DNA from: Nitrospirota bacterium
GTDB lineage: Bacteria; Nitrospirota; UBA9217
Reading direction: 5' to 3'
Assembly: GCA_963749655.1 (NCBI GenBank)
Contig: CAVVOB010000020.1
Location: 1-64,000, forward strand
Length of the DNA stretch: 64,000 nt
Below the pieces are notes generated by a model. That model saw only the letters and a program-made list of their open reading frames with translations. It ran no database searches and had not been told where the DNA came from. Of the stretch, positions 1 through 9,653 are shown piece after piece (the stretch's first letter is position 1; every line of letters starts with the position of its first letter). A program made the translations under genes and the position numbers.

Positions 1-381
1 CTGGTGCTCCTCGCCGATGCGGTTGCCAGGACCATGATGTGTCGAACGCCGAGACGCGGCGCCTCGCTCCACGCGGCCGGGGTGCCAGGTGACGTAGAGG
101 TCGAGCGGAAGCTCCACCCGCAGGATGGCCCGCACGGCCTCCAGGCCGGCCGGGACCGCCGTAGAGGAACAGCTCCATGCATCGAATGCCGACCAGCGCC
201 AGCGCCTCGGCGATCCGTACCTTGTCGTCCACGGTGAACGCCACGTCGGCGCACTCCTCGCCGTCCCGCACGGTGATGGCGTGCAGGGCCACATCAGGGG
301 CACCTGGAGGCTCGGGTCGAAGTTGTGCGGGCTACAGTGCCAGTCGGCCTTCCGCCAGGGCTCGTGAGAGTTCGATTCCAT
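1..381 (-). CDS. DRE-TIM metallolyase (isopropylmalate/homocitrate synthase or pyruvate carboxyltransferase-like), N-terminal part, frameshifted, runs off the window edge
   Basis: Manual minus-strand reading from ATG 381 (GAGGTG upstream) gives MESNSHEPWRKADWHCSPHNFDP. After an indel it gives HAITVRDGEECADVAFTVDDKVRIAEALALVGI, matching the DxTLRDGEQ...F...K..IA..L...G N-terminal motif. Confidence 0.65.
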   Translation of the reverse strand, partial: MESNSHEPWRKADWHCSPHNFDPSLQVPLMWPCTPSPCGTARSAPTWRSPWTTRYGSPRRWRWSAFDAWSCSSTAVPAGLEAVRAILRVELPLDLYVTWHPGRVERGAASRRSTHHGPGNRIGEEHQ

Positions 382-479
382 TCGTCACCTCGTGCGCGGC
401 TGGTTACGGATATCGGTCGCAGGCGCCGGGGGTCCGGCCGGATGCCGGATCGCCGGCGCGCGGGGAGAGAGGTCGTGCC

Positions 480-1010
480 TCAGCAGTGCCCCTCCCGCGC
501 AGCCTCCGAGCCAAGGGTGATGCGGCCGTGGAGGTAGTGCCACAGATCCCGGAGCGTGTACACCACCATCAAAGCGCCGGCGAGGGGCATGGCCAGGTAC
601 CAGAGGGCCTGCGGAAGCGCCAGGATCGGGGACGGGATGGCGGTCCGCAGCGTGAGCACCGCCCCCTCGTACGTGAAGATCAGCAGGAAGAGCAACGACA
701 CCAGGCTCAGGCCGATCTCCAGGAGCTGCCCGCCCGCGTGCCGGCCAGCATGCTCGGGATCAGGTCCACCCGGAAGTGGGTCCGACTCCTCCAAGAGGAC
801 CGCGGTGCCTAGGAAGGTCATCCAGGCGAAGGCCATCTCCACGATCTCGTCCGCCCAGCCCAGGGAGAAGAGCGGCATGAAGCGGATCAGGATCAGGCTC
901 GTCACCAGGACGATGAGCAGGGCGAAGGCGGCCAGGCAGACACCTCGCATGGCGGCGGCCAGACGGCGATCCATCTGGGTACAGCAGGACGAGACCCCCG
1001 GCGGTGTCAT
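480..1010 (-). CDS. TRAP transporter small permease (DctQ-like)
   Basis: Four hydrophobic segments and W(A)DEIVEMAFAWMTFLG motif; lies downstream of DctM-like and DctP-like genes. Confidence 0.8.
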   Translation of the reverse strand: MTPPGVSSCCTQMDRRLAAAMRGVCLAAFALLIVLVTSLILIRFMPLFSLGWADEIVEMAFAWMTFLGTAVLLEESDPLPGGPDPEHAGRHAGGQLLEIGLSLVSLLFLLIFTYEGAVLTLRTAIPSPILALPQALWYLAMPLAGALMVVYTLRDLWHYLHGRITLGSEAAREGHC

Positions 1011-2321
1011 TTCGCCACCCCCATGACCAGGTTCGGAACTCCGACGACGAGACCGGGCACGTAGGTCACCAGCCCGAGACAGACCGCCAGGGCCAGGATG
1101 TACGGCCCCAGCTCCTTGGCCAGCGTCGACATTGGGACCTTGCTGACGCTGGACACCGCGTATAGGACCATCCCCACGGGCGGGTAGGAGCTCGATCATT
1201 AGGTTCAGGGTGAGGAGAACGCCGAAGTGCACCGGATCCACCCCCACCCGCGTGATCATCGGCATGAAGATGGCGACGGTCCAGGAGCATGATCGCGATC
1301 GCCTCCATGAAGCAGCCCAGGATCAGCAGGATGACATTGATGACCAGGAGGATGACCCAGGGGGGTCGAGCTCACGGGACACTCACTCCCCTCGACCAGC
1401 GCCATCGGGACCCTGCTGCCGGACCAGAAGGAAGCCGAAAATGCTCGGCCGCCGCAACAATGAACAGGAACCTGGATGGTGTTTCTGGACCGTCCTCCCA
1501 GAGGATACCGGGGGAGATCCGCCGGCTTGATCTCGCCGTAGACCAGCATCCCCAGGATCCAGCGCATAGATGCTGGCGGCCACGGCCGCCTCGGGTGGGA
1601 GTGTTATTGCCTGCCAGGACCCCGCCGATGATGATGATCGGGCCCCCCAGGCCGGCATCAGCGCTGGAGGGGTGGCGCGATCGTCGACTCTCGACGGCTC
1701 GCCCGCTCCTCCCAGCAGTCCCGCCGCTTGGCGAGGATGGCCACCGTGATCACCATCCAGAAGATGCCCATCAGGTCGCCGGGGAGGAACCTTCCCCAGG
1801 AACAGCCGGCCGACCGAGGTGCCGGTGATGCTGCCGGAGAGCGCGAAGGGGATACAGGGGATGGATCGGGCACGATGGTGGGGAGGCGGCTACCACCACA
1901 GGCGGCCGAAGGACGGGGGATATCCGGCTCCTTTCTTCCATGGCGGGATCACCAGGATGGTGGCGTTACCGTCGAGTCCGCCACCGCCGACCCGGACATC
2001 CCCGCCATGATCATGTTGCGTGACCACCGTTGACATAGCCCAACCCCCCCCCGGATGCCCACCAGGCGCTGGGCGAAGTGGACCAGCTCGCTGCGTCGTC
2101 CCGCCGGTGTTTCATCAGGTTGCCAGCAGGAAATTGGAGGACGGGATTGCCAGGAGGGTGAAGCTTCGTGGTGCCCGAGTACATGTGGGCCGGGAGCATG
2201 GGCAGGACGTCCGCCTGTCCGAGCGCCACGAAGATCACCGCCGTCACCCCCATGCACAACGCGATCCAAGGCCCAACATGACGAACAGGAGCAACACCGC
2301 AAAGATGGCGGCCGTCATCAT
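1010..2321 (-). CDS. TRAP transporter large permease (DctM-like), multiple frameshifts
   Basis: Fragments in several frames: AGMSGSAVAD, FLPGDLMG, LGMLVYGEI, GVDPVHFGVLLTLNLMI. Probably sequencing indels rather than a true pseudogene. Confidence 0.8.
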
Positions 2322-2342
2322 GGATTCGGTCTCCGTCTTCGG

Positions 2343-3351
2343 CTACTCTTTCCGGGCGTCCTCGACGAACTTCAGGAACGTCTTGACATTGTCCTCGCCA
2401 TAGCGCTTGTAGATCTTTTCGTTGGCCGACCCGATGGCCCCGCGGAAGGCCTTGAGGTCCGGCCGCGTGACCTGGAGACCCGCCTGCTCGAATTTGCCGA
2501 TCGAATCGGTCTCTTCGTCGTTCAACGCTTTCCAACCCGATCCCCGGACCGCTTGGCCTCTTCCTTCAGGATCTGCTTCTGCTCCGCGTTCAGCTTGGCC
2601 CACGTCTTGGTGCTCACAACCAGGATCAGGCAGGAATACGCATGGCGGGTGAGAGCCACCTGCTTCTGCACCTCGTAGAACTTGGCGTAGTAGATGGCGA
2701 CTCGGCGGGTTTTCCTCGCCGTCCACTACGTTCTGGGCCGGGCCATGTCGTTCCTCCGGCCAGGCGATCTGCGTCACCACCGCGCCCAGCGATTCGAACA
2801 GCGCCTGGAGGTGGAACTCCGGGGGCACCCGGATCTTCGAATCCTTGACGTCCTCGGGCTTCATGACCGGCCGCTTGCTGTTGGTCAGGTTCCGGAATCC
2901 CCGTTCCAGTTGGCCAGGTAGATGGACCGCCTTCGAACTAGGGGAATCGACCGGCTGCATCGCCGGCCCGTCCATCAGTCCATGGGCGTGCTAGTAGTCA
3001 TCAAAGATGAACAGGATCTGCGGCGTCAGCCAGGCCTTGACGTGGTTCTCGAGCTGCCCCTGGGTGTTGAGCGACGTGTCGGTTGAGTACACCAGCACGA
3101 CCTGCTCGATCATCTCCAGCAGCGGGCCGAGGAATTGTTGGGGAAGAGCGTCATCTTCACCTGTCCCTTGGTCCGCTCCTCCACCTCGTAGCCATCTGCT
3201 TCGCGCCCAGATACACCGGGTGCTTCCATCAATGTGCAGGGCCACCCGCAACTGATCGTTTGCGCATTCGCCATGACAAGATTGATCTGACACAGGAGCG
3301 GAAGCACGGCGACGAGCATCACCACTGTCCATGACGCGATCCGACTTTCAT
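2343..3351 (-). CDS. TRAP substrate-binding protein (DctP-like), multiple frameshifts
   Basis: AAAGGAGG RBS before ATG 3351. Fragments VEERTKGQVKMTLFPN, GFRNLTNSKRPVMKPEDVK..KIRVP and VVDGEENP are DctP motifs. Confidence 0.85.
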
Positions 3352-3756
3352 TCCGGTCCTCCTTTCGACGGTGCAGAGACAGTTGGGTTTACAGGCCATT
3401 CGCAGATCGGTTTGCGACTTCTGGGCGATCAGCGCGAATGCGTCTTGTAACACGCCGTGCGGTCGGACAACGTTCTCTCGGCCGCACTCGATTATCAAGC
3501 GAATTTTCGCAAATGGTTCTTGAAAACATCCAGAAAACCGCGCCAGCGCTCCCCGCCTGGCTATCCCCCGGCCCCCAAAGCCATTGTCTCGCCAGACGTG
3601 GGCAGGACCCACCCCACTCGGCCACTGGAATTGGAGAGACTCGACTACCATGCGGCTTGATAGTGAGTGGGGAGGTCGTGTCAGTACCTGGGACCCGCAA
3701 CCGCGGCCTCCACACAGGCCGTCCGGACCCGAACAAGTCGACGGAAACGCCGTCCT

Positions 3757-3884
3757 CAGGCTGCTCAAACGAGTCCAGATCCAAAGGCGGCACGCTCGAA
3801 CCCCGGGGCCGAGCATACTGGAGGTACGCCGCAGCGAGTGGCGAGGCGTGCCAACGCCGCAGATGGGCCTGTTTCCGGCCGAGG
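3757..3884. repeat. MITE-like repeat, degenerate copy 1
   Basis: CAGGCTGCTCAAA..GTCCAGAT..AAGGCGGCACGC...GGTACG.CGCAGCGAG...CCAACGCCGCAGATGGGCCT aligns by eye with 5759-5883. Confidence 0.8.
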
Positions 3885-3889
3885 CGGAC

Positions 3890-4631
3890 ATGGGATTCAC
3901 TGGGAAGACAGCCATCGTGACCGGCACGGCAAGGGGTTCGCCGAGCGATCGCGCTGCGGATTGGCGCAGGACAGCGCGGGCATCGTGGCGGCGGACGTCC
4001 ATGCGGTTGACGCAGAGGTACCGCGGCCCTGATTCGCACTGCGGGGGCGAAGCAACGCCTTGTGTGCATGGAACATGGCGTCGGCGGGTAGCTGAGGCGA
4101 TCGTGATGCGCCCTCGCCCACGGTCATGGCCGGGTGGACATCCTCGTGAACAACGCCGGCATCCTGGAAATCCACGCCGACCAAGAGCACGGAAGAAGGA
4201 CTGGGACCGGGTGCTGACCATGAACCTGAAGATCTTCCTGCTGCCGCGCCGTGATCCCCATCATGAAGACGCAGAGCGCCTTGGGGCATATCGTGAACAT
4301 CGCCTCAATTGCGGCGCGCAACGGGGGAACGTTTTCCGGGATTCGTTCGTCGCGTCCAAAGGGGGCGTCGTGGCGATCGCCGAGAACTCGCCAAGGAATT
4401 CGGCGCTTTTGGCATCGTTGTCAACGGCGTCAACCCGGGCCATCGCGGCACCGGCATCATGGCTGCGACTGGACCTCACGACCGTCCGCGACGCGCTGGT
4501 CAAGAACACGCCCCTCGGCCGTCCCAGCGAGCAGAGCAAGATGCGGATGTCGTCGCGTTCCTCGCATCGGACGCGGCTGGTTTCGTCCACGGAGACCATC
4601 GAAGTAAACAGCGACCTCGTCTGCGACCTGA
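3890..4631 (+). CDS. Short-chain dehydrogenase/reductase (FabG-like), multiple frameshifts
   Basis: MGFTGKTAIVTGTARG (TGxxxG), DILVNNAGI, WDRVLTMNLK, HIVNIASIA, ASKGGV, TPLGR and VAFLASD fragments. Confidence 0.85.
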
Positions 4632-4927
4632 TTCCAACACATGAACAGGCGCAGGACTACATGACGTATTACGTTGGCCGGCACGCGAGGTCCCCGGACC
4701 GACCCGAGACGCCGCGCCACACCCATGCTCCGCATCGGTACCCGGCGAGCCGCACCCCAGCCTGGGGTTGGGTACCCGCCGGCCCGGACCACTGATCTGT
4801 GGCGGCTGACCCCGGGTAAGGGCGGGCCGGCATCGGGTCCGCCCGCCTGCCAGGAAGGGTGCAGGCGCCAGGCGGCTGAGGGCATGCGGGGACCGACGTG
4901 CGTCACCGGAATCACGTTCGGCGGCAC

Positions 4928-5606
4928 TTAGTACCCATAGTAACCCGTGATCCAGTTCCGGTCGCCGTACGCTTTCCGCCAGTTCGACGCGAACGCGTTC
5001 CAGCGCGCCAGGGTGTGCCCGTTCTGGAAGAAGAGCTTCCAGACGCCATAGGGCGCCGTGATCTCATCGGCGCCCGACGCCAGGCTCTGGACCAACTGTG
5101 ACGCACTCCGCACCGCCGCCATGAGCTGGGTCGGCAGGCCGTGCTGGTCGTAGATCTCGCGGATCGTCGCGATCAACTGCTCGGTGGGGTTCTCATCCAC
5201 CTCGCCCAGCAGGCCGATGAAGATCGCGGCGTGATCCGCCCCCGCCCGTGCCACGGCAATCGCTTCCAGCGTGGAGTGGATCGCCGTGGCGCAGGTCCGG
5301 ATGCCGGCTTTCTTCAGGTGACCGATCGCCTGGACGCCGTCCGCGCTGGTCTGCACCTTCACGATCACCCGGGGGTGCAGGGCGGCCAAGGCCTTCGCCT
5401 CTTCCACCATCTTGCTCCGCCCGCTCGGCCACGACCTGGGCGAACACGTCCATGTCGGCGATCGCGCAGATCTCCTTCAGGTTCCGCACGTAATCCCGGT
5501 TGATGGCCGCCACCATGGTTGGGTTCATGGTGACGCCATCCAGGATCCCCCACTGGGCGATCTCTCGAATTTCAGCCGGCTCACAGGAGTTGAGATAGAG
5601 TTTCAC
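4928..5606 (-). CDS. Transaldolase/fructose-6-phosphate aldolase family class I aldolase, one frameshift near 5410
   Basis: MKLYLNS..EIRE...GILDGVTMNP joined to VIVKV (Schiff-base Lys), ARAGA and MAAVRS; GAGGAG RBS before GTG. Confidence 0.85.
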
Positions 5607-5664
5607 GGCGTGCTCCTCGTTTGCGACAGCCCTTGTGAAGGGTTATGACGTCTGAGCCCGGAAC

Positions 5665-5706
5665 CGTCCCGACTCCCCTGCGGACATCCAGGGCAGTCGG
5701 GACGGC
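5665..5706. terminator. GC-rich stem-loop between SBP gene and aldolase gene
   Basis: CCGTCCCGACT...AGTCGGGACGG inverted repeat. Confidence 0.45.
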
Positions 5707-5732
5707 TCCAAAGCGTGTGTGTGAATCCCTAT

Positions 5733-5883
5733 CAGGCTGCTGAAAACTCGCCTTGCGTCAGGCTGCTCAAAAAGGTCCAGATGCAAGGCGGCACGCGATG
5801 GGCCGAGCGAGGCGTACTGCAGGTACGTCGCAGCGAGCGCCGAGGCGGGCCAACGCCGCAGATGGGCCTTTTTCAGCAGCCTG
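5733..5883. mobile_element. MITE-like element with 14-bp terminal inverted repeats, copy 2
   Basis: CAGGCTGCTGAAAA (5733-5746) and TTTTCAGCAGCCTG (5870-5883) are exact inverted repeats. A second left end CAGGCTGCTCAAAA lies at 5759. No transposase ORF. Confidence 0.75.
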
Positions 5884-5889
5884 CTATAT

Positions 5890-7180
5890 CTACTGCTGGT
5901 ACTGCGCCAGGACCTTATTCCACTCCGCCGCCGCGTCGTCCAGCGCCTGCTTGGCGTTCTTCTTGCCCTGGAGGACGTTCTGGATCTCGACGGTCAAGGC
6001 CTTGTTCAATTGCACTGCGTTCGGCATCCCCAGGTTCGGCGACTTGGCGTTGGGGAGAAGCAGTTGCTGCACGAAGACCTGGAACAGCTTCTTCTCCTTG
6101 AACCACGCCTGCTCGGCAACGTCTTTCCGGCTCGGGAAACTGCCGGAGCCTTTGGACCACATCTCGATCCCGACCGGTCCGTGCAGCCAGCGCATGAACT
6201 TCCAGGCCGCTTCCTTGTTCTTGGCTTGCGTGGTCATGCAGTTCACGGCGCCGCGAACGACCGTCCCGGTGGTCGTCTCGCGCGGCATGGGCGCCACGTC
6301 GAATTGCAGGTTCGCATTCATCTGGCGCTGGATGGGGATCCCGAAGGAGCCCTCGAACATCATGGCAATGTTCCCGGCGGCAAAGTTGGCCCGCTTCTCC
6401 TTCTCGCCGCTGCTGAGAATGCCCGGCACCGAGACCTTGTGGACATTCATGAGGTCCACGTACCACTGGACGGCCTTCACGCCCGCCGGACTGTTGAAGA
6501 CGGCCTTGTTCGTCTTCTCGTCGATCACGTCGCCGCCCGCCTGGTAGATCAGCGGGTAGAGGTCATACGTCAGGTTGGTCGGCGGCTCGGCCGACATGGT
6601 GCCCGTGGTCGCAAAGATCTTCTGTTCAGGGTTGGTCACCTTCTTCGCGATCTGGACGTACTCGTCCCAGGTCTTGGGCGGCCCGGCGATCCCGGCCTTC
6701 TTGAAGATCTCGGTGTTGTAGAAGAGCGCCACCGGGCCGGTCTCGATCGGAAGGTAGTACTGCTTCCCCCGCCACTTCTTGTGGAACGTGGGGAAGATGT
6801 TGTCCATGAACGGCTTGGGCTCCTTGGCGATGAAGGCGTCCAGGGGCTCCAGGATCCCGAGCTCGGCGTACTCCACCGGCCAGTCCACCTGGGCCATCAC
6901 CACGTCCGCCAGCACGTTCGCCTGGAAGAGGTTGATCACCTTATCGTGGAATCCAAGGAAGGGGCTATCCACCAAGGTGAGCGTGACATCCGGATTGTCC
7001 TTTTCGAAGGCGGCCTTGACCTCGTTCATGAGCTTCTCGCCCACCTCCGTGGTCTTCCACTGGAACCATCGCACCTCCGTTTTGGCCTGGCCGGCCTGGA
7101 CCGCGGCCTGGAAGGGCCAAGAACAACCCCAGAAATCCGACAAGCACGATCACGAGAAGCGTCTGAATCCTGTGCGACAT
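5890..7180 (-). CDS. ABC transporter sugar-binding protein (SBP family 1), frameshift in the signal peptide
   Basis: Signal peptide MSHRIQTLLVIVLVGFLGLFL at 7180 joins the 5890..7143 ORF, which has LFYNTEIFKKAGI..PPKTWDE, FAAGNIAM and KEAAWKFMRWL. Confidence 0.9.
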
Positions 7181-7372
7181 ACGTCCTCCTTTTCTTCGCT
7201 ACTGCGACCTGTGGCCGGGTTTGCCTCACGAACGAAGCACGCTCGGCCTCGACGAGATGCGATTATCCTATGGTCTTGTACTCTGACACCCGGAACACCC
7301 CTGCCTCGCCGTCCCCAGCGCCGCCACGGGGCCCGCCTGCCGCGACAACAGCCCCCGCCGGTCCGCCACGAC

Positions 7373-8026
7373 TTATGGGTGATTTGTGTGGCGGCGGATA
7401 TATTCGACGAAACCGCGGACAGTGCGCTGGAGGTGCGCCACGATGTGGCGTCCGGCCGCCTCGGGGTCCTTACGCACGCACGCCTGAAAGATCCGGCGAT
7501 GCTCCCGCCGTCCGTACTCGATCGTGCCCACCTTGGCCAGGTCCAGCCGCAGGTACGGCTCCATCTGCCGCCGCAGCGTCGAAATGGTCTTGCGGAGGTA
7601 CTCCTGCTCTGCGCAGGCGCAGAGGCTGTCGTGAAACTCCCAATCCAGGCGTACCCAGTCGCTGGGTGACAGGTTCGGCCGCTCCATCCGCTCCAGGATG
7701 CGTCGCGTGCGTTCAGCCACCTGAGGCGTCATCCGATCGGCCGCACGCTGCACGGCGATGCGTTCCAAAGCCATGCGCACCTCGAAGATCTCTTCCAGCA
7801 TCCGGCCGTCGAACGCCGCCACCCGGGCCCCGCGCTGCGGATCGAGCACCACAAAACCCTCCGCCGCCAACTGGTGGAGGGCCTCCCGAATGGGGATCAC
7901 GCTGCACCCGTACTTCCCGGCCAGCTCTTGCTGCCGGAGCCGCTGGCCGGGGGCATACACCCCATCCACGATGGCTTCCCGCAGCGCCTCGACGGCGGCT
8001 TCCTGTCGCGTCTTCGCCGTGGTCAT
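7373..8026 (-). CDS. GntR family (FCD) transcriptional regulator
   Basis: wHTH LREAIVDG.YAPGQRL...ELA..YGCS..PIREAL; FCD segment DWEFH...EHRRI. Confidence 0.95.
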   Translation of the reverse strand: MTTAKTRQEAAVEALREAIVDGVYAPGQRLRQQELAGKYGCSVIPIREALHQLAAEGFVVLDPQRGARVAAFDGRMLEEIFEVRMALERIAVQRAADRMTPQVAERTRRILERMERPNLSPSDWVRLDWEFHDSLCACAEQEYLRKTISTLRRQMEPYLRLDLAKVGTIEYGRREHRRIFQACVRKDPEAAGRHIVAHLQRTVRGFVEYIRRHTNHP

Positions 8027-8036
8027 GGCGTCAAGG

Positions 8037-8062
8037 ATTATATAATGTATAAATTCTGTCAA
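8037..8062 (-). promoter_or_regulatory. AT-rich promoter/operator of gntR, possibly leaderless
   Basis: TTGACA (8062-8057) and TATAAT (8042-8037) are separated by only 14 nt. An imperfect palindrome TTATATAATGTATAA overlaps. No RBS before ATG 8026. Confidence 0.4.
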
Positions 8063-8315
8063 GTGAGAAAACTACACCACGGATCCTTCATACGGATTAA
8101 CCTTCGTCATGAGGCGAAGCAACCAACTCCACCCGGAAGACGGAGCGCTTGCGCACTGCCGCGCGAATAGCCCTGCTCGCCTTGGCCCAAGACGCCCGTG
8201 CCCTCCCCGCGCTAACGCCGTCGGACCTGGAATCGCCCGCAAATCTCGACGCCCTGCCGGTTACCCAGCAGGGCGTCCATGTCTCGGACAGCGAGAGCGC
8301 TGACGAAGGGCCTTA

Positions 8316-8355
8316 ACCCGCAGGATTCGTGAGCCGTGTTCGCGATCCTGCGGGT
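8316..8355. terminator. Stem-loop downstream of the aldo/keto reductase gene
   Basis: ACCCGCAGGAT...ATCCTGCGGGT inverted repeat. Confidence 0.5.
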
Positions 8356-8388
8356 CGGCTGTCCGTCATCCCGGCCGGGTGCGCCCGA

Positions 8389-9432
8389 TTACAGCAGGTC
8401 AACGCGCTCGTCGTGGAACTCGGCGGCGGCGAGGACGCGCTGGTAGTTCTGTCGGTTGAACCAGGTGAGGTTGTCCTCGGCCGGCCGGGTCGCAGCCTCG
8501 ATGGCGTTCCAATCCTCCCGGGGCATGTCCCAGTCGGCCGCCTCCAGGTCTTCAAGCATCTGTGCGCGCGTGCTGATGCCCAGGACGACGGCGCTGACGA
8601 ACTTCCGGCCCAGCGGCCAGGCGATGGCCAGTTTGGCCATGGAGATTCCTGTCCGTTCGGAAACGGCCTGGATGGCCTGCGCAGCCCGGTGCCCCTTCGG
8701 ATGCCAGAAGCGCGCTCCGTCCATCTGCATCCGGAGCTGCATCCGGGTCCCCTTGGGCGGGTCGGCCATCCCCTTGTACTTCCCTGCCAGGAGTCCGGCG
8801 CCGAAGACGCCGTAGCAGGTGAGGCCGATTCCGCCTGCCACGGCGGCCGGGATCACCTCCTGCTCCAGCTCCCGGTGGATCGGGCTGTAGATGTACTGCC
8901 CTGCCACCAGGGGCGCGAGGCCCAGCCGGAGCGTGACGCCCGTCCCCGTGGCGATCTGCCAACCGAACAGGTTGCTCACGCCGACGTAGCGCACCTTCCC
9001 CTGCCGGACGAGATCGTCGTAGGCCCGGAACGTCTCCTCCAGGGGCGTGACCGGGTCGGGGCCGTGAAGGTAGTAGAGGTCCAGATAATCGGTCTGGAGG
9101 CGCCGCAGGCTGGCCTCGCAGGCGGCCAGGATGTGCTTTCGCGAGGCGCCGAAGAGGTTGGGTTGACTCCCCACCGGCATGCACGCCTTGGAGGCGAGGA
9201 CGATCCGCTCCCGAGGCACCTCTCGCAGAAAACGACCCACGATCTCCTCGGCCGACCCGCCGGCGTAGACGTTGGCCGTGTCGATGAAGTTACCGCCGCC
9301 GTCGAAAAACGTTTGCAGGATGGCGCGGGCCTCCGCCTCGTCGCACCCCCACTGCGGCGCGCCGAAGTTGAGCGTGCCGAGCGCGATGCGCGAGACCAGC
9401 AGACCGGACGATCCAAGGAACCGATACTTCAT
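8389..9432 (-). CDS. Aldo/keto reductase
   Basis: LGSSGLLVSRIALGT; catalytic tetrad seen in DTANVY, LASK and DLYYLH; GKVRYVGVSN. Confidence 0.95.
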   Translation of the reverse strand: MKYRFLGSSGLLVSRIALGTLNFGAPQWGCDEAEARAILQTFFDGGGNFIDTANVYAGGSAEEIVGRFLREVPRERIVLASKACMPVGSQPNLFGASRKHILAACEASLRRLQTDYLDLYYLHGPDPVTPLEETFRAYDDLVRQGKVRYVGVSNLFGWQIATGTGVTLRLGLAPLVAGQYIYSPIHRELEQEVIPAAVAGGIGLTCYGVFGAGLLAGKYKGMADPPKGTRMQLRMQMDGARFWHPKGHRAAQAIQAVSERTGISMAKLAIAWPLGRKFVSAVVLGISTRAQMLEDLEAADWDMPREDWNAIEAATRPAEDNLTWFNRQNYQRVLAAAEFHDERVDLL

Positions 9433-9653
9433 TGTGCCTTCCTCCTGTCGGTGAGAAGTGACAACGCGAACATTCCGCGCCCGTCACGCAAATCGAGCAC
9501 CACACCCAATCCGAAATTCTTGAACCGCCAAGTTCACCCAGAGCACCCAAAGCATACCCGCTGGGCAACCGAAATGCCAGGGTGTCGAAGGCTCAGAAGG
9601 CCAACACCGCATCCCACATCACCCTTGGCGTAACTGGACGTGAAGGCAAGCGA

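Noticed and set aside
3584-4795. 403-aa ORF as a novel protein
   Set aside because: Mosaic of intergenic DNA, the MITE-like repeat and mixed frames of the frameshifted SDR.
6010-8052. Long + strand ORFs (680 aa here; also 34249..36021, 49809..51530, 53045..55075)
   Set aside because: Antisense shadows of well-supported minus-strand genes in GC-rich DNA, with no recognisable motifs.
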